IMG/VR virus record: IMGVR_UViG_3300010163_000016
Span: 19,772-83,771 of that record
DNA length: 64,000 bases
Reading direction: 5' to 3' (one strand)
From: a virus
Lineage: Duplodnaviria; Caudoviricetes
The number at the start of each line of letters is the position of its first letter. The first letter of the stretch is position 1. A program made the position numbers and the translations under genes. Below, piece after piece: positions 47,769 through 60,344 of the stretch. The notes beneath the pieces are model-generated. The model was not told the origin of the DNA. It was given only the letters and a program-made list of their open reading frames with translations, and did not search any database.

Positions 47769-48587
47769 ATGTCATTCATCGGCACATCCATGATCTTTGA
47801 TGGTGTGTCCAGCGAGGAGATGGGGCTTGCCCTGTTCGATTTTTCCTCCAAGCGGCAGAGCGGCACCCGTTTTACCGGGGACCTCTCCCCTGCCCAGGAG
47901 CGCATTGAGGGGCGGTATCGTCCTCTTTTTTATGGCGGCGCCGTCAATGGGCCCCTTATCTTTACTATGGTGCTCTCCGCCACGGAGGAACGGGCCCGCA
48001 GAAACGAGCCCTTTGACCGGTGGGATATGCAGAAGATCACCGCGTGGCTCACAGGCCATGACGGCTATAAGTGGCTCTCCATCGTGCAGGGCGATCTGGA
48101 GGAGATCCGCTACCGCTGTCTCATCAGTGAGCTGGAGGCGGTGGAGGTATCCGGCCTTACATGGGGGTTCTCCTGCAAGGTAACATGCGACTCCCCCTTC
48201 GCCTATCTGGCTCCTGTCGCTTACACGTTTGCAGTCAATGGCAGCGGCTCCGGGCAGGTGTTCAGCGAGAGCTCTTACAACGGGTTTTACTACCCAAAGC
48301 TTGTCATTTCGGGACACACAGGCGGAACGGTCTCCATCGATATCCGGAATAAGCAGGAGCGGGGGACTTTCACCTTTCAGGGGCTGCCTGCCGCCGCGGG
48401 GACGATGACCATCGACTGTGAAAACTGCGTTGTGACAGCGGAGGGGATTTCAAACCCCTATCAATATCTGCTTTTCCCCCCGGGTTTTCATTTCCCCCGC
48501 TTTGCCCGCGGGGTCAACCATATTGCGTTGGCCGGCACAGGGAATTACACCTTCACCTGTGAGTGGCCGGTCAATGTAGGAGGCTAA
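47769..48587 (+). CDS. Distal tail (Dit)-like protein
   Basis: 'F.FDG.SSEE.GL','I..WL.....YKWL','..CD.PFAY','G.N.I...G.......W'. Confidence 0.7.
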   Translation: MSFIGTSMIFDGVSSEEMGLALFDFSSKRQSGTRFTGDLSPAQERIEGRYRPLFYGGAVNGPLIFTMVLSATEERARRNEPFDRWDMQKITAWLTGHDGYKWLSIVQGDLEEIRYRCLISELEAVEVSGLTWGFSCKVTCDSPFAYLAPVAYTFAVNGSGSGQVFSESSYNGFYYPKLVISGHTGGTVSIDIRNKQERGTFTFQGLPAAAGTMTIDCENCVVTAEGISNPYQYLLFPPGFHFPRFARGVNHIALAGTGNYTFTCEWPVNVGG

Positions 48588-48928
48588 TGATGCGCAAAAA
48601 TCAACTGCCAACAATCGAGATGATCGCCGGGGAGACTTGTCCTTTTATATTTCAGGTGTCGGACCTCAGCCATCTGGACGTCTCCGTCTCCTCCTGCCAG
48701 GCGATACTCACCGTGTCTCCCTATGTCAACGACGGATCCCCGCCTGTTGTACGCAAGACAGCCAATGGCATTGCGGACGGTGTGCTGCGGATGCGGCTGG
48801 ATTCTGCGGATACCCTGTCCCTGCGGGGAAAATTCGTCTATCAACTTCAGCTCTCGGACGGCAAAGAGATGGAGGCCTACAGCGGCCATCTCATCATTCA
48901 CGCCAACCGGGCGCAAGACCTCTCATAG
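48587..48928 (+). CDS. BppU-like baseplate adaptor
   Basis: 'GET..F.F','L...DT..L.G...YQL'. Confidence 0.45.
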   Translation: MMRKNQLPTIEMIAGETCPFIFQVSDLSHLDVSVSSCQAILTVSPYVNDGSPPVVRKTANGIADGVLRMRLDSADTLSLRGKFVYQLQLSDGKEMEAYSGHLIIHANRAQDLS

Positions 48929-48936
48929 GAGGACCT

Positions 48937-49353
48937 ATGTTTTTTACATCAAAGAAGGATTTGGTATTGGACTGCCTGTTCAGCGGCAAAAGCGGTCTGC
49001 CCACCGCTTTTACGGCGGGGCTCACTACAGCCGCCCCCGCCGCCAGCGGCGGCAGCATCCAGGAGCCGGCGGCCAGCACGGGATACCATCGGATGCCTGT
49101 CACCTTTGCCGATGCGGTCAATGGGGTTATCTGTAACAGTGCGCCGGTGGATTTCCCCGTCTTCACATCCGACGCAGGCGTTGCCACCCACTATGTGCTT
49201 TTTGACCAGGACGGCGAGCCCTTTTGGTACGACGCTCTGACGCAGCCCAGAACCTTGGAGGAGAACTCCACCGTCGGATTCCCTGCCGGAGAGAGCGGCA
49301 TCCGTATTTCTCTGGTGGATGAGCTGCCCCAGGCGTCCCAGGCTGACGCCTGA
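48937..49353 (+). CDS. Phage tail-fibre-associated protein
   Basis: 'GL.T..P...GG...EP....GY.R..VTF','N...V.FP' family pattern. Confidence 0.55.
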   Translation: MFFTSKKDLVLDCLFSGKSGLPTAFTAGLTTAAPAASGGSIQEPAASTGYHRMPVTFADAVNGVICNSAPVDFPVFTSDAGVATHYVLFDQDGEPFWYDALTQPRTLEENSTVGFPAGESGIRISLVDELPQASQADA

Positions 49354-49367
49354 CGGGAGGCCCCGCT

Positions 49368-49838
49368 ATGTCGGTAAGAACGCCGGGAACACATGTGATA
49401 CGGCTGGAGCGGGACAGACGCTCTATCCCGCTGGCCCATAGCTGTCAGCCGATCCCTATCGTTTCCCGCCTTTTCCGTACCCCTCTGCAGCTCAGAGCTG
49501 CCTCCCAGTTTGCAATCGTCACGCAATCGGCGCTGGCAGGAGTGCGGCTGGCAATGAGAGGCGGTCCTGGGGATTTCGCCATCACAGGCGCGGCAGGCAT
49601 GAGTAAAAGCGCCAAGGCTTCCAACAGTGGCGCATTTACGCTTTCCGCCTCAGCGTCCGCTGTGCGGCGTCTTTCTGCCTCCGCCGGATCCGCATTCGTC
49701 ATAAACGGCGCTGCCGCTTTGCAGCATATTTCTTATGAACCTTTTGTTCCGGCGGATGAGGCGGACGCCCTTACAGATGTGGACGGAGAAGTGTTCATGA
49801 GCCTTATCGATTCGGAAGGAACGCAACATGGCATATAA
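49368..49838 (+). CDS. Hypothetical tail-region protein
   Basis: GGGAGG RBS; Ala/Ser-rich. Confidence 0.5.
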   Translation: MSVRTPGTHVIRLERDRRSIPLAHSCQPIPIVSRLFRTPLQLRAASQFAIVTQSALAGVRLAMRGGPGDFAITGAAGMSKSAKASNSGAFTLSASASAVRRLSASAGSAFVINGAAALQHISYEPFVPADEADALTDVDGEVFMSLIDSEGTQHGI

Positions 49839-50601
49839 AAGTAAATATAAAGGCGCTCAGATCGACCAGGCTGTGGGGAGCGTACTGGACAACAGCTTAA
49901 CATGGAGTGAGAAACAGGACAAACTGCAAGGGGCGGCCGGGGAATACCTCGGGTTTGACGCCGCCGGGGAGCCTAAATCCATGCCGCTTCCCTCTGTGGA
50001 TGTGTCCGGTGAGATTGCCACCCATGACCAGAGCAAAATGGCTCACGGCGACATCCGCTCGGATCTCAGCGCCCTGTCTTCCCTTCTGGCCTCTTACCAG
50101 ACCAGAGGCGGCGTGACTGTCGCGGGCGGGTGCGGCTGGCGGCTGGATATGTCGGTCGAACCGGTCCGCCTGGCAGATCTGTATGTCCGATTCCAGTCCG
50201 GCAGCGGCGAGATTGTACTGCGGAAGGCGGCAGGCGGTATCGTCTGCCCCTCCTATGTCAATCTGCTGTTGGAAGATCCTATGAGCTTTGCTGAAACCAC
50301 AGGCGGCGTCAACACCATTGGCATTTATGCCGCCGTGGAGGGCGAGGCAAATAAGCTGCACCAGCTTTGCTGCTATGGGACTACTATGTTGTTTTACAAT
50401 TCCGGCAGCAGCGTGGTGGCGAACGCCAGTATTACGCCGGCCATCGGGCTCAGCCCCGTAGCCAAGACCTCTGTCAATCCAGCCTCTGCCGCCTCCTACA
50501 CCGATGTGGCCCGGGTGGAGTGCAGGGGCAATTTCACCGCGCTGACGCTGTCTCCATCCGCGGTGGCGGCAACGCTAAGCGGAAAGGAGGTGATCCATTG
50601 A
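49828..50601 (+). CDS. Tail fibre-like protein
   Basis: 'Y.SKY.G.QID.AV','KQDKL.G..G','H.....AH.DIR' fibre motifs. Confidence 0.55.
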   Translation: MAYKSKYKGAQIDQAVGSVLDNSLTWSEKQDKLQGAAGEYLGFDAAGEPKSMPLPSVDVSGEIATHDQSKMAHGDIRSDLSALSSLLASYQTRGGVTVAGGCGWRLDMSVEPVRLADLYVRFQSGSGEIVLRKAAGGIVCPSYVNLLLEDPMSFAETTGGVNTIGIYAAVEGEANKLHQLCCYGTTMLFYNSGSSVVANASITPAIGLSPVAKTSVNPASAASYTDVARVECRGNFTALTLSPSAVAATLSGKEVIH

Positions 50602-51347
50602 TCATTCTCAAATTGGAGCAGGACAAATCCCTTGTGGCAACACACAAGACGCCTCTCTATCAGTTTGAACACAAGTCGGACACCGTGGTCTTTCTGCTCC
50701 CACCTGCCATTGATGACATGGTTTTGCAGAACGCCTATGCGGTGGCCAGGTTTATCCTGCCGGACGGTACGCCTCTGACCCGCGCTCTGGCCCGGAAAGG
50801 GGAGTCTTATAAAGACTATGCCCAATATGTGACTGCTTTCACCTCCGTGATGACGGCAGTTCCCGGCGAAGTGGAGATCGTGCTGTCTATTGTGGACAAG
50901 GAGGGCAGGTACGTCCTCCGCTCCTCCCCCGCCTTCCGGCAGATCCTCCCCTCCCTGCGGGCGGATGATTTGCTCCAGGAGGGGCAGCTGGACCAGCTGG
51001 ATTGGCTGACTATGCAGCTGGCCAGGACGGAGACCAAGCTGGATAAGGAGAAGGCTGACAGCATCTTCTGGGATGCGGACGGCGACTTCCTGCAGCTCTC
51101 CTCCCACGACGTTCCCATCGGCGACCGGGTATACGCCAGGGATATTTTTGAGGCGGATGACAATCAGGTCTTGGAATTTGGACCCATGCCGGATGTTCCT
51201 CTTCCTCCCCCGGAGCCCGATGACAGCGTGATCGAATTTGGCGGCGAGGCGGCGGACAACACAGGCAGCGATGACAGCATCATTGAGTTTGGCGGAGAGG
51301 ATCAAACGCGGGAACCGGAGCCTCCAGATGCCGTCATTGAATTTTAA
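50598..51347 (+). CDS. BppU-like protein with C-terminal D-x-[VI]-[IL]-E-F repeats
   Basis: GAAAGGAGG RBS, TTG start. Confidence 0.55.
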   Translation: MIILKLEQDKSLVATHKTPLYQFEHKSDTVVFLLPPAIDDMVLQNAYAVARFILPDGTPLTRALARKGESYKDYAQYVTAFTSVMTAVPGEVEIVLSIVDKEGRYVLRSSPAFRQILPSLRADDLLQEGQLDQLDWLTMQLARTETKLDKEKADSIFWDADGDFLQLSSHDVPIGDRVYARDIFEADDNQVLEFGPMPDVPLPPPEPDDSVIEFGGEAADNTGSDDSIIEFGGEDQTREPEPPDAVIEF

Positions 51348-51368
51348 TATCAGAAGGGTGGTGAACGG

Positions 51369-51863
51369 ATGGCTGTAAGAGTTGCGTATGGCCCGAGAGA
51401 CGATATCCAAAATGCCATCAATACCGGAACGATCCCCGCTGGCAGCATGATCTTTACCAAGGAGGGCGGCGATAGCGCGGAGCTGTTCTTCTACGACACA
51501 AAACGCAATATGAAGCGGGTGGTCAGCAAAACGACCTTTGGAACCTATGAGGAAGCCGAAGCGTGGATCAAAAAGTACCCCTGCGTTGGGCAGTGCTTTT
51601 CAATCTGTGTGGACGGGCGATGGGGGCTGTATCTGGTGCAGGATGGCGGCCAGCTGGATTTTATCTACGGTGAGCAGAGCGTGATCGAGGCCCCCACGCA
51701 TTTTGATTTCCCAAATATCGGCAAGCCCAGCCGGGTCTATATCGCCGTCTCTGAAAATGCCGGGAACGGCTACTATTACAGATGGAATGAAGCCGCAAGC
51801 GCCTATGTGAGACCTGACGACGAACCGCCGGAAGTCATCAGCGGCGGTTCCGCGAATACCTGA
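51369..51863 (+). CDS. Hypothetical tail-region protein
   Basis: 'FP.IG....VYI......Y.W' motif. Confidence 0.55.
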   Translation: MAVRVAYGPRDDIQNAINTGTIPAGSMIFTKEGGDSAELFFYDTKRNMKRVVSKTTFGTYEEAEAWIKKYPCVGQCFSICVDGRWGLYLVQDGGQLDFIYGEQSVIEAPTHFDFPNIGKPSRVYIAVSENAGNGYYYRWNEAASAYVRPDDEPPEVISGGSANT

Positions 51864-51907
51864 CGCGCATGGCGCGGACACATCACACTATTTTTGTGGA
51901 GGAAACT

Positions 51908-53245
51908 ATGAGCAATAAGAACATGACTGTTAAGATCCTTCTGCGCAATGATACGCTGACCGCCTGGGAGGCCAGCTCTCTGGTCCTGGGCAAGGGCGAG
52001 CCCGCCGTTGTCTACATCCCCGACGCCGTCAGCGCAAACTACCAGGTCAAGCTGAAGTTCGGCGACGGCGTTCACACCTTCTCTCAGCTGAAGTATTTCG
52101 GCCTCCAGCTGGAGGACATCCCCATGGCCTCCGAAGCCGCAAACGGCCTCATGAGCAAGGAGGACTTTGCCAAGGTCGCCGCGCTGGGTGCGCTTGCTTC
52201 CAAGGATGAGATCGCCTATGACGATCTGGCCGCCGCCCTGAAAACGCTCATCGACGGCAAGGCCAGCACCGCCGATATGAACGCCAAGATCGGCGATCTT
52301 GGTGAGAAGAGCGTCAAAGCCTATGTGGACGACAAGGTTGCCGACGTGGTGGCCGGTTCCATTGACGGCCTGGGCGCTCTGGCATCCAAGGATAAGGTGG
52401 CTGCCGGCGATCTGGAAACGAGTCTGAAAACCCAGATCGACACCGCGACCAGTGACATTGCTACGCTGAAGGGCGCTGCTGATGTGGCCGGTTCCGTCGC
52501 TGAGGCTAAGAAGGCCGGCGACGACGCTCAGGTCGACGTGGACGCTCTGGCCGGCAAGGTGGGCGCTGTGACTGAGGGTAAGACCGTTGTGCAGATGATC
52601 GACGAGGCCAAGACTGCCGCCACTTATGACGATACCGCTCTGGCTGGCCGCATGTCCACCCTGGAGGGCAGCGACGCCGGCAAGTCCGCCCGCGCTATCG
52701 CCGCTGAGGAGACCGCCAAGATCGTGGCCGGCGCTGACGCCGCATATGACACGCTGAAGGAAGTCTCTGACTGGATCTCCAGTCACAAGACGGACGCCGC
52801 CGCCATGAACTCTGCCATCCTTGCGCTGGAGGCTGTCCTGGCCGGTATCGGCGGCGAGGGTGAGAAGCCCACCGTGGTCGCCTATGTGGCCGATGCCATT
52901 GCTGCTCTGAAGATCGGCGACTACGCCAAGGCCGCAGACCTGACCGCTCTGGCCGCCCGTGTGACCGCCGCCGAAGGCAAGCTGGACACCCTGACCGGCG
53001 CCGACACTGCGGCCGGTTCCGTTGCCAAGGCGTTGAAGGACGCCAAAGCGTACACCGACGAGAAGGACACCGCCATGGGCGCCCGTGTGACTGCTCTGGA
53101 GGGCAAGTCCACCAATGTCGCCGCCTCTGAGACAAATGGCAATATCAAGGTGGACGGCCAGGAGGTCACAGTCTACACTCTGCCCGACACTGTTGTTACC
53201 ACTGCCGACACCCTGATCCTGGACGGCGGCAACGCTGTGGCGTAA
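51908..53245 (+). CDS. Tail fibre/spike protein with Mtd-like N-terminal domain
   Basis: 'RNDT...W....LVL.KGE.A','K.GDG...F..L.Y','DTLKE..DWI'. Confidence 0.7.
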   Translation: MSNKNMTVKILLRNDTLTAWEASSLVLGKGEPAVVYIPDAVSANYQVKLKFGDGVHTFSQLKYFGLQLEDIPMASEAANGLMSKEDFAKVAALGALASKDEIAYDDLAAALKTLIDGKASTADMNAKIGDLGEKSVKAYVDDKVADVVAGSIDGLGALASKDKVAAGDLETSLKTQIDTATSDIATLKGAADVAGSVAEAKKAGDDAQVDVDALAGKVGAVTEGKTVVQMIDEAKTAATYDDTALAGRMSTLEGSDAGKSARAIAAEETAKIVAGADAAYDTLKEVSDWISSHKTDAAAMNSAILALEAVLAGIGGEGEKPTVVAYVADAIAALKIGDYAKAADLTALAARVTAAEGKLDTLTGADTAAGSVAKALKDAKAYTDEKDTAMGARVTALEGKSTNVAASETNGNIKVDGQEVTVYTLPDTVVTTADTLILDGGNAVA

Positions 53246-53268
53246 GGCGAATCGAGATCACATGATAG

Positions 53269-53308
53269 AGCAGGAGGGCACACCCCGATTTGGGTGTGCC
53301 CTCCTGCT
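53269..53308. terminator. Bidirectional terminator between the tail gene and the GH53 cassette
   Basis: AGCAGGAGGGCACACCC-loop-GGGTGTGCCCTCCTGCT. Confidence 0.8.
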
Positions 53309-53329
53309 TTTCTGTTTGGAAAATATCAC

Positions 53330-57693
<4,364 letters not shown>

Positions 57694-57761
57694 TAATTTG
57701 AACGCGCCTCGGCCAGTCAGCCGGGGCGTCTTTTTATTCAAGAAAGTGAGCGTGACATAAA

Positions 57762-59024
57762 TTGGCTGATAAGAAAGTAAAGAAAGTTCGTTCCCAGCTT
57801 CGCCGGGACACTGCCGCTAATTGGGAGGCGCAGAATCCTGTGCTCCTGGCCGGTGAGGAGATCCTGGTATACACCAACGCGGGAGAGACCAGGCGCAAAA
57901 TCGGCGACGGCGTTAAGTCTTACACCCAACTGCCCTTTGACGATGAGCGAATTTATAATGCGCTCAATGACAAACAGGCCAAGGTGACAGGTACTGCCAG
58001 CCAGATCGCTGGATTCAACGCCAGCGGCGCTCTGGAGGCACGGAATCTTCCTACTGCCGCCGAGTTAGGGGCTGAGCCTTCGGGCAGCGCCTACTTGGCG
58101 CAGGTGAATGCCGAGGCACATGCGGACAGCGTCCTCTCTGCCCATGACCAGAATCCTGCCGCCCACGTCGATATCCGTTCCGCTCTGTCGGAAAAGCAGC
58201 CTAAGCTCACCGGCGCGTCGGGGCAGTTTGTCGGCTTCGGCGCCGACGGTGCGGCAGAGGCCAGGAATGTAACGGCAGGCGATGTGGCCTTTGCCGACGG
58301 CGAGACGTTCCAACAGAAGTATGAGGCTGGGGAGCTGACCGGCGCAGACGGCAAATCCCCCTATCAGGCGGCGGTGGCGGATGGTTACACCGGAACGGAA
58401 GCGGAGTTTTACGCGGCGCTGGTGACGCTCAAGGATGCGCCGTTTCTGCCGCTGAGCGGGGGAACGATGAACATTAACGGAATCGATAACTTTGTTTTTG
58501 GTGTCAATACCTCCGGCAGGACCTTGTTTCGGATTGCCGGTGTGAGCTTTACTGCAAGTTCATCTGATCTGGACATCGACGCTGAAAATATTGTGATGTC
58601 CGGAGGACTTATTGCTTTTGCTGCAACCAATGTTAATCTGTTGGAGACCGAGAGTGTTGACGTCCCCGACCCCAACTATGAGACAAACGCCGCCAACAAG
58701 GGCTACGTTGACGCACAGCGGCCCAAGCAGCAGTTAATTACCCTCACCACCTCTGCATGGGAGAATCATCTGCCCGGAAGCGGTGAGGCTGTCCCAGACA
58801 GACAAACATACCGCTATCAGGCAGTCTCCGTCCCCGGCATACTGGCGGACGAGAGTAAACAGCTCATCCAGCCTGTGCCCACCATGGATGCCCAGGAACT
58901 CTACATTTACCATGGTGTGAGGTGCATGCAGCAGAGTGAGAATCAATTGATTTTCTACTGTGACACCGTGCCCGTCGATGATCTGAGCGTGTATATCGTC
59001 TGGCAGGAGGTGCAAGCGGGATGA
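57762..59024 (+). CDS. Second Mtd_N-containing tail fibre protein
   Basis: 'LRRDTAANW...NPVLL.GE','KIGDG...Y..LPF','AANKGYVD'. Confidence 0.75.
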   Translation: MADKKVKKVRSQLRRDTAANWEAQNPVLLAGEEILVYTNAGETRRKIGDGVKSYTQLPFDDERIYNALNDKQAKVTGTASQIAGFNASGALEARNLPTAAELGAEPSGSAYLAQVNAEAHADSVLSAHDQNPAAHVDIRSALSEKQPKLTGASGQFVGFGADGAAEARNVTAGDVAFADGETFQQKYEAGELTGADGKSPYQAAVADGYTGTEAEFYAALVTLKDAPFLPLSGGTMNINGIDNFVFGVNTSGRTLFRIAGVSFTASSSDLDIDAENIVMSGGLIAFAATNVNLLETESVDVPDPNYETNAANKGYVDAQRPKQQLITLTTSAWENHLPGSGEAVPDRQTYRYQAVSVPGILADESKQLIQPVPTMDAQELYIYHGVRCMQQSENQLIFYCDTVPVDDLSVYIVWQEVQAG

Positions 59025-59368
59025 TCTATAACGACCCGATGCTGCGGCCGAAGAAAAAGCCACAGAAGGTCAGGCTGACGATGACGGGGTTCGACGGTAA
59101 CATCATGATGTATGTGGAAATCGGCGGCGTACAGTATACCGGCAGCAACGTGGTTGAGGCCGAAGTTGGTTCCACGGCGAATTGTTATATAGACAATACG
59201 CTGGCCTTTAACCTGAAAATAATCGTAAATGGCGTAACCGTTAAAAGCGAGAGTGGTAATGGAGGGGTGTATTTTGTTGAGTACCCATATACCGTCACGA
59301 AAAATGCGACGATCCATTTTGCCGCAAACCCCATAAATGCATCTATCACCATCACTGAAGAAAGTTGA
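59021..59368 (+). CDS. Small tail-fibre-associated protein
   Basis: ATGA coupling; GGAGGTG RBS. Confidence 0.55.
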   Translation: MIYNDPMLRPKKKPQKVRLTMTGFDGNIMMYVEIGGVQYTGSNVVEAEVGSTANCYIDNTLAFNLKIIVNGVTVKSESGNGGVYFVEYPYTVTKNATIHFAANPINASITITEES

Positions 59369-59426
59369 GGACCACATATGGAACTACTGCAAATTATCTT
59401 GGCCTCCGGCATCAGAGGTGTGTTAT

Positions 59427-60251
59427 ATGATTCATAATCCGATGGTGATTAAGAGCGGAATTAAACTGCCCTCCATCGACAACCCCGGCTCTGCCGCTGA
59501 CCTGCTGACCGGGAAACAGCTCATCGACCAGGCCGGGAATCCTTTAACTGGGACCATGCCGGAGGTAGAGCAGGCAACGCCAAATATCACAGTCAATTCC
59601 AACGGACTTATTACAGCCAGCAGCACCCAGAGCGGAGGCAAAGTCGCCGCCGGGACGAAGAACGCCACTAAGCAGCTGACAACACAGGGCGCGCAGACCA
59701 TCACACCCGGGACAAGCAACAAGACCATTTCCAGCGGCCGCTATCTTACTGGGGTGCAGACGATCAAAGGCGACGCTAATCTTGTGGCGGGAAATATCAA
59801 ATCCGGCGTCAGCATATTCGGCGTGGCGGGGAGCTATGCGGGGCCGGAAGTGGTGACGGATCGGTTGACTCTCGCTCCCTACGAACTCGGATGGCGGTCC
59901 GACACACAGGATTTTAGTGTGCAGCTCACTAATATCCCATCGGAGATCCTGTGGGTGGATATAACAATAGCGTCCATGGCTGCTATTGAAAGAGCGTCGT
60001 ATAACAGCAGCATCGAGTACATTGTTTCTCTGCACGGGAACCCGAGTCTCAATAATAACTACGTCGGTCTGTTCGGGATCACGGCATATGGCGGAGGCAG
60101 TATTCATTTAAGTACATCCGGCAGCTACTGCTATTTCTTGGCAAATACGGGAACATCCAAGGTTTTGACCTTCTATGGAAACAATAAGATTTATCACGCT
60201 GTAAACACAGTATATACGACGATCAATCTCCGGGTCATATACAAGAAGTAA
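59427..60251 (+). CDS. Tail fibre protein
   Basis: 'TITPGT....I..G.YL.G.QTI.GDANLVAGNIK.GVSIFGVAG'. Confidence 0.65.
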   Translation: MIHNPMVIKSGIKLPSIDNPGSAADLLTGKQLIDQAGNPLTGTMPEVEQATPNITVNSNGLITASSTQSGGKVAAGTKNATKQLTTQGAQTITPGTSNKTISSGRYLTGVQTIKGDANLVAGNIKSGVSIFGVAGSYAGPEVVTDRLTLAPYELGWRSDTQDFSVQLTNIPSEILWVDITIASMAAIERASYNSSIEYIVSLHGNPSLNNNYVGLFGITAYGGGSIHLSTSGSYCYFLANTGTSKVLTFYGNNKIYHAVNTVYTTINLRVIYKK

Positions 60252-60286
60252 AATGCTTCAATAGGTCGCTTGAGGCATTATAAAAA

Positions 60287-60325
60287 CAGGGGAGGGGCGG
60301 CAAATGCCGCCCCTCCCCTGCTGTT
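60287..60325. terminator. Bidirectional terminator
   Basis: CAGGGGAGGGGCGGC-AAAT-GCCGCCCCTCCCCTG. Confidence 0.8.
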
Positions 60326-60344
60326 TATTCTGGGAGAGATGTGT

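Noticed and set aside
59378-59437. 19-codon ORF MELLQIILASGIRGVLYDS resembling a holin N-terminus
   Set aside because: Too short, weak RBS, and overlaps the next gene's RBS; at most a remnant.
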